DNA of 58,184 bases from an uncultured Candidatus Saccharibacteria bacterium (GTDB lineage: Bacteria > Patescibacteriota > Minisyncoccia > Phycocordibacterales > UBA9973), in contig CAYIEM010000002.1 in the NCBI GenBank assembly GCA_964362545.1, positions 1-58,184 of the forward strand. Reading direction: 5' to 3'. The translations under genes were made by a program, and so were the position numbers. Below the pieces are notes generated by a model. That model did not search any database, had not been told where the DNA came from, and saw nothing but the letters and a program-made list of their open reading frames with translations. Positions 26,522-34,172 of this stretch are shown piece by piece (the first letter of the stretch is position 1; the number at the start of each line of letters is the position of its first letter).

Positions 26522-27520
26522 TTATCCGACGATTCTCCGGATTACGTATGTCTTTTTGTTTTGGGATTCAAAATAAATCCTGGAAAGCACTTCTCCCAGT
26601 ATACCCAGAATGACGATCTGGATTCCGGCAAGGATCAGTGATACGGACAAAAGCAAAAGCGGGCGATTCGCGATTTCCTCTCCCCGAAAAATCTTGATAT
26701 AACTTAGATAGCTTCCTATCACAAGCCCGCTTCCCAAAAAGAGAACGCTCAATCCTCCAAAAAACCGGATGGGCTTCGTCAAAAACCGAATAAGGAACTG
26801 TATCACCAGAAGATCAAAAATGACCTTAAAAATCCTGCCCAGCCCATACTTAGATCTGCCAAATTTTCTTTCGTGATGATTCACTTCGATTTCGCCCACC
26901 TTGAAGCCCCCGATACTCGCGAAGGCCGGAAGAAACCTATGCATATCGCCGTAAAGGTGTAGACCTTCGAGCGCCTCCCGGCGGTAAGCTTTCAGGGTAC
27001 ACCCATAGTCGTGCAATCGCACGCCTGTGAGCGCTCCGATCAAGCGGTTGGCAAGTACGGAAGGAATCCGGCGGGTGATGAGCTTATCTTTCCGGTCCTT
27101 CCTCCAGCCGGAAACTACGTCGTACCCCTCTTCTATCTTCGATAAGAGGCGCGGAATGTCCGCCGGATCGTTCTGCAAATCGGCATCCATTGTGATGATT
27201 ATTCCCCCACGGGCAAGATCAAAGCCGGCAGACATAGCGGCCGTTTGTCCGAAATTCCTCCGCAATTCTATTCCCCTGACCCTAGAGTCTTTCTTCTGCA
27301 AGCGCTCAATGACCTTCTGTGTGCCGTCTTCGCTCCCGTCATTGATAAATAATATTTCCGAATTCGCCAGATTGCCGGAGGCTACGGCGGAGATCTTTTC
27401 ATAAAGCAAGGCAAGACTTTCCTCCTCGTCTTTTACCGGAATGACAATAGAAATAATGGGTGGCGCGATCTGCCCACCCGAGTCAGAAGGTATTATTTTT
27501 TTTATTGTGTATTCTTTCAT
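26522..27520 (-). CDS. GT2 polyprenyl-phosphate glycosyltransferase (GtrB/ArnC/DPM1-like) with two C-terminal TM helices
   Basis: ISIVIPVKDEEESL, INDGSEDGT, MDADLQNDP. The track start at 27532 is TTG, so I use the ATG at 27520 (MKEYTIKK). Confidence 0.8.
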   Translation of the reverse strand: MKEYTIKKIIPSDSGGQIAPPIISIVIPVKDEEESLALLYEKISAVASGNLANSEILFINDGSEDGTQKVIERLQKKDSRVRGIELRRNFGQTAAMSAGFDLARGGIIITMDADLQNDPADIPRLLSKIEEGYDVVSGWRKDRKDKLITRRIPSVLANRLIGALTGVRLHDYGCTLKAYRREALEGLHLYGDMHRFLPAFASIGGFKVGEIEVNHHERKFGRSKYGLGRIFKVIFDLLVIQFLIRFLTKPIRFFGGLSVLFLGSGLVIGSYLSYIKIFRGEEIANRPLLLLSVSLILAGIQIVILGILGEVLSRIYFESQNKKTYVIRRIVG

Positions 27521-27634
27521 TCCAAAATCCAATCCAAACTAATAATCCTAAAAACAAAGCCGATTATGTACCTACATTCTTAATAATGTATGGTCTATAA
27601 AATAATATAAAAACAAAAAAAAGTCAATAGCACG

Positions 27635-28375
27635 TTACTTCTCCACATTTATTGTCGCTGGTTTTTTTAGTTTATTGCGTATAGCAAATCCTATAATAAA
27701 CGCCAAAACAAGGATGATAACACCATAGACAATGTTTTTTGAGAGAGGAATTTCGGCGCTTATTGCCGTAGCTAGTTGAGTGTCCGCATCGATAGATGTC
27801 TGGTCGCTTCCTGCAGAACCCCCTGAGGTATTTGTCCCCCTATTGTTTGCTGTATTTTGAGAAGTTGTCGCAGAGAAAATGTTGGTCGACTGTGCTGTGG
27901 ATCTGGTGATGATAATCTGAGAATCATGCAAGGCCCCAGAGAAAGTGTCGCTGTTGGCGCCGTCAAGCACTTGTGTATCCTCATGAAGGACAATATTCGC
28001 AACACCTTCCCCTCTTGCCCTGAAAATAATCGAGCCGAATAATTTGTCCGTCGAAAAACCACCAGGATAGCCGGCAGTTTTCATAATAAAGCCGCTTGTC
28101 ACAACGTCATATCCGGAAACAGGGAGCGTTAGCCATGTCGGAGCAAAGGAGAATGATACGACCTCCAACATGTCGCCTGGATAAGACACGGCTATTCTTG
28201 AGGTGTAAACTTTTTCACCCGAAATAGGGACAACTGTCACAGAAACAGAAAACTGTTCACCCAATCTCACATTTTGGTTTGATGCCGAGAGAGATATGTC
28301 GGTTTCCGCCTCCACAAAAATCGGAGCTAGTGTGAGGGCGAGAAACATAAATAAAGTTAGCGTGATTTTTTTCAT
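27635..28375 (-). CDS. Cohesin-like domain protein with signal peptide and C-terminal TM anchor
   Basis: MKKITLTLFMFLALTLAPIFVEA, then LSASNQNVRLGEQFSVSVTV...IAVSYPGDMLEVVSFSFAPTW...GSIIFRARGEGVANIVL (cohesin-type beta-sandwich pattern). Ser/Thr/Gly/Asn linker, then TM helix VYGVIILVLAFIIGFAI. Uses the ATG at 28375; the track start at 28399 is TTG. Confidence 0.6.
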   Translation of the reverse strand: MKKITLTLFMFLALTLAPIFVEAETDISLSASNQNVRLGEQFSVSVTVVPISGEKVYTSRIAVSYPGDMLEVVSFSFAPTWLTLPVSGYDVVTSGFIMKTAGYPGGFSTDKLFGSIIFRARGEGVANIVLHEDTQVLDGANSDTFSGALHDSQIIITRSTAQSTNIFSATTSQNTANNRGTNTSGGSAGSDQTSIDADTQLATAISAEIPLSKNIVYGVIILVLAFIIGFAIRNKLKKPATINVEK

Positions 28376-28389
28376 ATTTTTATTACGTA

Positions 28390-30615
28390 TTATTTCCAAT
28401 TAACAATTAATAAATTAAAGTCGAATATATCAACAACATTATCGTTGTTAAAATCTGCCGGATTGTTCGGACCGACTTCTCCCCAATGGATGATCAAGGT
28501 ATTAAAATCAAAAATGGTAAAAACTTGGCTCGAGTTAGTATTACTGGTGTTCCTTCTTCTACTGCTTCCACCTCCGCCACCACTACTTCCCCCACTATCC
28601 TCCAATGTAGGGGCAGAAACGATAACCGTTCTAACGATTTCTACTGCCTGATTTAAGGCAGCATCGATTGCGTTATATGTAATTCTATAAGTGCCGACAG
28701 CTCCGGTATTCACTGTGTCTCCGCCGATAGCAACAACTACAGCTCCGTCTATATTGTCAGTAGCGGTAGCGCCTTGTTCGGTATAAGTTTCCCCGGTGTT
28801 TAGATTTATGGTTGCGGAACCAGTAAGTGTGATGATTGGGGGAATAGTATCAGTTGCCGGAGGGACTATAGTTGTAACTTCGACAATAGCATGATCTAAA
28901 CGTTTCACTGCTATGTTGCCTGCAAAGACTTGGCCATTAAGCCAAGACATTTGAGTATCAAAATCAGCCTTGTGCGTGTCAAAAGTATCAAATTCTGCTC
29001 CGGCTGGTATAATTCCGTGATAGACAAGAATCAGCCAAGTTTTATCTTCTTTCGCTTTATTTACCCATTCTTGAAACTGAGATAAGGTGGTTGTCGGTCT
29101 CATGTTTTGAACTCTAAGTCTGTAAACATTTAAATTGTCTCTTGAATTATATCCCTCATCTACTGTCCGATGAGCTCTGTAATAATCATTTATTTGGTCT
29201 ATAACCGCGGCATTGTAATCTCCGAAAGGACTGGAGAAACTAGTTACCGGAGTACCTCCGATTAAATTCTCTAGATATGCTTGCGGCTCTGAAAGCTCGG
29301 CGGCAACTTGCGCGGGAGAAATCTCTGTCAAAAAAGGATGCGTGATGGTGTGAGAACATATCTCGTGTCCGGCATTAAATAATGTATTGACAGAAGCAGG
29401 ACTTTCATCACCCACTATGAGAGGTCTAGTATTGAAACAATGTGTAGTATCAAAATCATAGTTTTCAAGCACTGGCAGAGCGTTGATTATGTTACCCTCT
29501 GTTATGTCATCAAACGTCAAAGTGATAAGAGGTCTGTTGAAACCACTGAATGTGTAAGGAGTAATGTGATAGTCATCCGACTGTATCCATCCATTTTCTC
29601 TAAGAATGAAAAATACCTGCACCCCTACAGAACCCATGGGTACAAAAAATTCACTGGAGTATTCTTGCCAGACTGTCGCACTGCTAGCTCCTGGAAATGG
29701 ATTTGGCAAACCAAAAAAAGTCGCGTTGCCGGCTCCATCTAAAAATCGAGCAACTACGCGAGGAGTGCTTCCTGTGCTTGACTTGTACCAGGCTGTAAAT
29801 CGATAGTCTCCTCCCGGAGTCAGTGGTTGTGGACTAAATACCCAATTTGCATCACCGTCGACGTAGTTTGTGACCGTAAACTTGACGCTTTTAGAACCAG
29901 TGTGTCCATCATTGTTTATATATTCGTAAGTGCGAGTGTTGTTGCCGAATCCGCCACGAAGCCATGCGCGGGGTGTGTCAGGATTGACAGAGATCTCCTC
30001 CAGAGAATTATTGGGAACCAAATCTGTCACACCGACAGATGAAACGGGTACCAAACTCGTATTATCTATTTCCAACCAGCCGTTACTCTCTAAGAGATGA
30101 TAAACAACCAACCATTCTGTAGTATTCAGAGTATGTATTTCAACACCAATTTCCTTCCAGGAACTTGGAGAAGCGGCAACTACCGGGACCCCGTCAGTGT
30201 AAGTAAACTGCGATGGAACAGCGCCATTTCCCTGACCTATCATTATATGCGTCGGCACATTGGATCTATAACTGTTCTTGTAGATGTAGTCGCTGTTCGG
30301 ATTAACTTTTACTATTTCGAAGGCCCATTTAGAATCACCGGAAGTATAATTGCTAATGTCCACTCTTGCTGCTTTACTGCCTACTCCATTAGCCCCCTCC
30401 ACCGGGTAAGTGAAAATCGCAGTATTGTTTTGGTAAGTACTCGTCTCCCAATTGTCTGGTGTCGTGAGAGTTGCGACCTCAAGTGAAGGATTCAAGATGA
30501 GGTTGCCGGGAATTATATCTTCTACCGCAGAAACATCTATCGGGATAATCGAAAAAATCGCAAGTCCGACAAACATTCCTATTTTTATTGAAATCAATTT
30601 TATGTGATTCTTCAT
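28390..30615 (-). CDS. Multidomain secreted polysaccharide deacetylase (CE4): two CBM-like modules, NodB domain, DUF5011/Ig-like domain, C-terminal dockerin
   Basis: NodB-type TLTFDDITEGN and HEICSHTITH. Ig-like PPIITLTGSATINLNTGETYTEQGATATDNIDG. C-terminal NTNSSQVFTIFDFNTLIIHWGE + DFNNDNVVDIFDFNLLIVNWK, which is two dockerin segments (D1,N3,D5,D9,D12 Ca-loop in the second). Start moved to the ATG at 30615 because the GTG at 30681 lies inside the predicted -10 box. Confidence 0.75.
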   Translation of the reverse strand: MKNHIKLISIKIGMFVGLAIFSIIPIDVSAVEDIIPGNLILNPSLEVATLTTPDNWETSTYQNNTAIFTYPVEGANGVGSKAARVDISNYTSGDSKWAFEIVKVNPNSDYIYKNSYRSNVPTHIMIGQGNGAVPSQFTYTDGVPVVAASPSSWKEIGVEIHTLNTTEWLVVYHLLESNGWLEIDNTSLVPVSSVGVTDLVPNNSLEEISVNPDTPRAWLRGGFGNNTRTYEYINNDGHTGSKSVKFTVTNYVDGDANWVFSPQPLTPGGDYRFTAWYKSSTGSTPRVVARFLDGAGNATFFGLPNPFPGASSATVWQEYSSEFFVPMGSVGVQVFFILRENGWIQSDDYHITPYTFSGFNRPLITLTFDDITEGNIINALPVLENYDFDTTHCFNTRPLIVGDESPASVNTLFNAGHEICSHTITHPFLTEISPAQVAAELSEPQAYLENLIGGTPVTSFSSPFGDYNAAVIDQINDYYRAHRTVDEGYNSRDNLNVYRLRVQNMRPTTTLSQFQEWVNKAKEDKTWLILVYHGIIPAGAEFDTFDTHKADFDTQMSWLNGQVFAGNIAVKRLDHAIVEVTTIVPPATDTIPPIITLTGSATINLNTGETYTEQGATATDNIDGAVVVAIGGDTVNTGAVGTYRITYNAIDAALNQAVEIVRTVIVSAPTLEDSGGSSGGGGGSSRRRNTSNTNSSQVFTIFDFNTLIIHWGEVGPNNPADFNNDNVVDIFDFNLLIVNWK

Positions 30616-30671
30616 GCTGAAACTATACCCGTGATTCTTTATATATTGATTTTTTAAGAATTGGTGTTTTG

Positions 30672-30699
30672 ATATTAACACAACATGTAACTAAAGCAA
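30672..30699 (-). promoter_or_regulatory. Sigma70-like promoter TTGCTT-16-TAATAT for the CE4/cohesin operon
   Basis: Read on the minus strand: cacTTGCTTtagttacatgttgtgtTAATATcaaaac. Confidence 0.5.
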
Positions 30700-30756
30700 G
30701 TGTGTATAACAATGCGCGAACTTGAAAATAAAAAGGAGGATTATTTTTGCACCTGT

Positions 30757-30793
30757 AAAGGACATGTTCATGTCCGATAGATAGATGTCCTTT
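30757..30793 (-). promoter_or_regulatory. GGACAT-element copy A (AAAGGACAT-N19-ATGTCCTTT)
   Basis: 9-nt perfect arms. The loop is the reverse complement of the loop in copy B (shared CTATCGGACA). Lies 57 nt upstream of the -35 box of the CE4 promoter. Confidence 0.6.
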
Positions 30794-30813
30794 ATGAATT
30801 ATGAATGTGCCAC

Positions 30814-30839
30814 CAAAAAGAGAGAAGGAAACTTTCTCT
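30814..30839 (-). terminator. Rho-independent terminator of the 612-aa gene
   Basis: The minus strand reads AGAGAAAGTTTCCTTCTCTCTTTTTGG: a stem followed by a T-run, 23 nt after the stop. Confidence 0.55.
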
Positions 30840-30861
30840 AGTAAATATAATCTATTATTTT

Positions 30862-32700
30862 CTAATTTATTGCGTTAGGCGTGAAATTTATTAGGTAGGT
30901 AGGTATCGCTAGGTTGAGATCAGGGCACATAATGTTGTTTACCTCTGTTTGCGTTGTTAGATAGAATATTCCTGTAGGCGCTGATATACCCCAAGGATTT
31001 AGAACTTTCTCTTTGCGAGCAAGCTGAAAGTTTTTCACTGCCATCTCCGTCTTAGAGCCGTATATTCCGTCTACCACAAGTCCGGCATTCATGTAATTAT
31101 TCAAGAAAATTTGAACTTTCTTAACTGTCTCAACGTTGTTGTTATATCCCTTGCGTAAATATTTATCTACATAGATACCGCAAGAAGTCTGCGCGCCAAG
31201 CACTTCGCCACCTTCATTTAGCTCGCTATTATCTCTTGAGACATATGAACTTGCATTGTTTGCATTACCGTCGGAATGACACCCGGGGTCAGCTTTATCT
31301 GTCAAACCATCCCTGTCATTGTCTTTTTTGTCAGCACATTGTCTGCGGCTACTTCCTCCACCCCCGCCGCCAGTATTGGTATTTGTATCATTTTCATCAT
31401 TATCTGACAGTGAGTCACAGTTAGGGTCGCCATTCGTGCTGGAGAAATCGATTTTACCATCGTTATCATTATCTATTCCATCTGAACATTGAGTAAGTAC
31501 TGCATTGGTCTCATTGTTATCAGTTGGAACATATGAGTTAGGATTGCCTGCATTTCCATCAGAGTGACAACCTGGGTCTAAAGCATCTACAAGTCCGTCG
31601 TTGTCATCATCTCCTGTATTAAAACAAGCAGGAACATCTGTCTCATCGTTGTCGTTTGGATTGTATGAACCAGTATTAGATGGATTTCCATCTGTGTGAC
31701 AACCTGGGTCTAATTCATCTACAAGAGTATCTTCTGAGTCATTGTTGTCAATATCATCAGAACATGCTGGTGTAGAAACTACTGCAGGATTTACTGTAAT
31801 GGACACGCTATCTGCACCTGTAGCGCCATCATCATCGGTAACTGTTAGAGAAAATACATACGTACCAGCTACAAGAGAGCTGGCAGTTGTGGAAACTGTA
31901 TCAGATGGATTTACATCTGAAGGTCCGGAAATAAAATTCCAAACATATGAGGTTATTGTTCCGTCTGAATCAGTACTACCTCCCCCGTTTAGAGTAATAG
32001 AGTTGGTTGGCAATGTAATTATTTGATCAAGACCTGCGTTTGCGGTTGGAGCAATGTTTGAGGGCAGACTACCGACTTCAACGGTCACATGAGCTACTGT
32101 TTCATCATCATCATCATCGTTGTGGTCTGTGTCGCCTTCATCCTCTGGCTCACTTCCGCAAATTATGCTATAGGTAGTATCGCTGGTTAAATTTCCAGTT
32201 GGAAAACTTCCAGAGAGTCCTCTAGAACCTGCCCAACCATTGACCCCATCAAATCCATTACAAAAAACTGCTTCATTCGAAGACCAGCGAACAATAGTAG
32301 AACTACCGTAACTTATGTTTTGATCGTCGGCCGTCAAAGTGACAGTAGGCTTTGGATAATTATCATCATCCTCGTCATCATTATCGTCGTCATTACTGTC
32401 TTCATCATCGTCGTCGTCATTATCATGTTCGTGACCATCGTCATCTTCATAGTTATCATCATGTTCCTCTGAATCCTCTTCTTCATCTTCATGATTATTA
32501 TCGTCGTCATCGTCTGAGTCATCATTGTCATCATTATCGTCGTCATAACCGTCATTCCCGGCATAAGCAATAGGAATCAAGCTCGTAGTAGAAGAGCTGT
32601 AAGAAAGAAGTCTGCCTAAATCCGCAGAACTCTCAGCAGTAACAAAACAAATTGCAAAAACAAAACTCAAAGTTAATAAAAGATTAATAATTTTTTTCAT
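30862..32700 (-). CDS. 612-aa secreted protein: poly-acidic tract, Ig-like and PKD domains, four Cys-bracketed D/N-rich repeats, C-terminal peptidoglycan-binding module
   Basis: Signal peptide. D/E/N/H tract at aa 49-114. PKD-like NAGLDQIITLPTNSITLNGGGSTDSDGTITSYVW...LTVTDDDGATG. Repeats C-x-D-x-[IDK]-DN[DN]-x-DG-x-x-D-x-x-DPGCHSDGN. C-terminal VKKVQIFLNNYMNAGLVVDGIYGSKTEMAVKNFQ. Confidence 0.8.
   Translation of the reverse strand: MKKIINLLLTLSFVFAICFVTAESSADLGRLLSYSSSTTSLIPIAYAGNDGYDDDNDDNDDSDDDDDNNHEDEEEDSEEHDDNYEDDDGHEHDNDDDDDEDSNDDDNDDEDDDNYPKPTVTLTADDQNISYGSSTIVRWSSNEAVFCNGFDGVNGWAGSRGLSGSFPTGNLTSDTTYSIICGSEPEDEGDTDHNDDDDDETVAHVTVEVGSLPSNIAPTANAGLDQIITLPTNSITLNGGGSTDSDGTITSYVWNFISGPSDVNPSDTVSTTASSLVAGTYVFSLTVTDDDGATGADSVSITVNPAVVSTPACSDDIDNNDSEDTLVDELDPGCHTDGNPSNTGSYNPNDNDETDVPACFNTGDDDNDGLVDALDPGCHSDGNAGNPNSYVPTDNNETNAVLTQCSDGIDNDNDGKIDFSSTNGDPNCDSLSDNDENDTNTNTGGGGGGSSRRQCADKKDNDRDGLTDKADPGCHSDGNANNASSYVSRDNSELNEGGEVLGAQTSCGIYVDKYLRKGYNNNVETVKKVQIFLNNYMNAGLVVDGIYGSKTEMAVKNFQLARKEKVLNPWGISAPTGIFYLTTQTEVNNIMCPDLNLAIPTYLINFTPNAIN
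32359..32556 (-). repeat. Low-complexity GAT/GAC/GAA/AAT-rich coding tract (aa 49-114, almost entirely D/E/N/H)
   Basis: Read directly. It generates the spurious alternate-frame ORFs 32334..32570 (-) and 32352..32573 (+). Confidence 0.85.
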
Positions 32701-32906
32701 AATATTTTTAGAATAAATAATTCATAATTTACAATAGTAATTTCAAAAATGGTAAAACTTAAATTGACATTTAGACATATTTAATATCTAATAAAAATCT
32801 AATCTAAAATCAAATTAGCATATATAAAACATTTGTCAAGTCTATGTGTATTAAGAGTTAGCCAGAGGATGGGTTAACGAAGGAAAAAACCAAAAATTTT
32901 TCTTTT

Positions 32907-32947
32907 AAAGGACATCAATGATTCTATCGGACACGTTAATGTCCTTT
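32907..32947 (+). promoter_or_regulatory. GGACAT-element copy B (AAAGGACAT-N23-ATGTCCTTT)
   Basis: Same 9-nt arms as copy A, in inverted orientation. Lies 33 nt upstream of the -35 box of the GH26-like/GT2 promoter. Confidence 0.6.
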
Positions 32948-32980
32948 ATAAAACCATTTTTGGTTAAGATTGGCTAAACC

Positions 32981-33008
32981 TTGCCTTATAGACCATTTTT
33001 GATATACT
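32981..33008 (+). promoter_or_regulatory. Sigma70-like promoter TTGCCT-16-TATACT, 14 nt upstream of the ATG at 33023
   Basis: Sequence cTTGCCTtatagaccatttttgaTATACTcttaatataaattaATG read directly. Confidence 0.5.
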
Positions 33009-33022
33009 CTTAATATAAATTA

Positions 33023-34048
33023 ATGAAAAATTACCGTTTTGGACTTATATTCATTCTATGTTTTTTGACGCTTGTTTCAGTATATGTTGTCCTGCCAAAG
33101 AGAGAAGCCCCTTATTTAATTGAAAACCCTTCACAAGAGCTTGTGCAAGAGCAAGAATCTGCAAGATCAGTTAATTACATACCGACCGAGATAAATACTC
33201 CCATATCAACAAAATCCATTGTCCCGACTCCCCCATCTACTGCCATTACCCTACAATGGGGTTCATACGTCGGAGACGATATAAACGATCTTCCTCTATT
33301 TGAATCTCTGGTCGGAAAAAAGGTAGATCTTTATGCTGTCTTCGTGGGTTGGAACGATGACGATACTTTTCCTTTCGTTCTTAGCACAAAGGCGGGAGCG
33401 GATGGTAAAACTTTAGTAATCTTCTGGGAAACATCGTTTGGGTATGACGCTATTAACAATGGCGATAAAGATAGCTATATAAAACAATTTGCCTTAGATG
33501 CAAAGACTTATGGATATCCGGTCATCTTGTCTCCATTTGAAGAAATGAATTTAAATGAAGAGGCATGGGGTTATGGTATGAACGGCAATACTGCGGCAAA
33601 GTTTAAGACAGCTTGGATACGCACGCACAACATCTTTAAAGAAGTAGGCGCAATGAACGTAAAATTCGCTCTTACTTTCAACAACGTTACAATACCAGAT
33701 ATCCCCGGTAATAAAATGAGCGACTATTATCCAGGAGACATTTACGTTGATTATATAGGCCTAGACGGTTTTAATTTTAACGATCCATGGTTGACATTTG
33801 CTCAAGTTTTCGATGAAGCGATAGCTGATGCTTCACAATTTAATAAACCCATCTATATTCTCTCGACAGGGTCATGGCCTGGACCGCAAAAAGCTAAATG
33901 GATTACTGATGGACTCGGTGCTCATGTCAAAACATATCCCAATGTTCTTGGCTGGGTTTGGTTTAATGAGAACAAACCAGGAGATGGAAATTGGCTTGTA
34001 AACTCGGACAAGACCTCACTCGAAGCATTTAAGGCTGTTTTGCCCTAA
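33023..34048 (+). CDS. Secreted glycoside hydrolase, GH26-like TIM barrel (mannanase-type fold)
   Basis: Signal/TM segment. ILSPFEEMNLNEEAWGY compares with HEMNG-WFWWG, and YYPGDIYVDYIGLDGFNF with YPGDDYVDIVGxDxY. The family call is tentative. Confidence 0.45.
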   Translation: MKNYRFGLIFILCFLTLVSVYVVLPKREAPYLIENPSQELVQEQESARSVNYIPTEINTPISTKSIVPTPPSTAITLQWGSYVGDDINDLPLFESLVGKKVDLYAVFVGWNDDDTFPFVLSTKAGADGKTLVIFWETSFGYDAINNGDKDSYIKQFALDAKTYGYPVILSPFEEMNLNEEAWGYGMNGNTAAKFKTAWIRTHNIFKEVGAMNVKFALTFNNVTIPDIPGNKMSDYYPGDIYVDYIGLDGFNFNDPWLTFAQVFDEAIADASQFNKPIYILSTGSWPGPQKAKWITDGLGAHVKTYPNVLGWVWFNENKPGDGNWLVNSDKTSLEAFKAVLP

Positions 34049-34090
34049 TTCATTTAAAATAACGAAGTATTGACATAAAATTAAAATTAT

Positions 34091-34130
34091 GTATTATGAA
34101 TGTATCTTAAAAGAGATATATTCATAATAC
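34091..34130 (+). terminator. AT-rich 17-bp hairpin (one mismatch) followed by a T-rich run, between the GH26-like gene and the GT2 gene
   Basis: GTATTATGAATGTATCT-TAAAAG-AGATATATTCATAATAC then TTATTTATTTTTTT. Confidence 0.45.
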
Positions 34131-34172
34131 TTATTTATTTTTTTGAGGTAATCATATCTTCCACATATTTTT

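Noticed and set aside
30616-30681. GTG start at 30681 for the CE4 deacetylase (track start)
   Set aside because: The GTG lies inside the predicted TAATAT -10 box and would add 22 residues in front of an otherwise canonical signal peptide, so the ATG at 30615 is preferred.
32334-32573. ORFs 32334..32570 (-) and 32352..32573 (+) rich in M/T/I or H/R/Y
   Set aside because: They are alternate-frame readings of the GAT/GAC/GAA tract that encodes the poly-acidic segment of the 612-aa protein.
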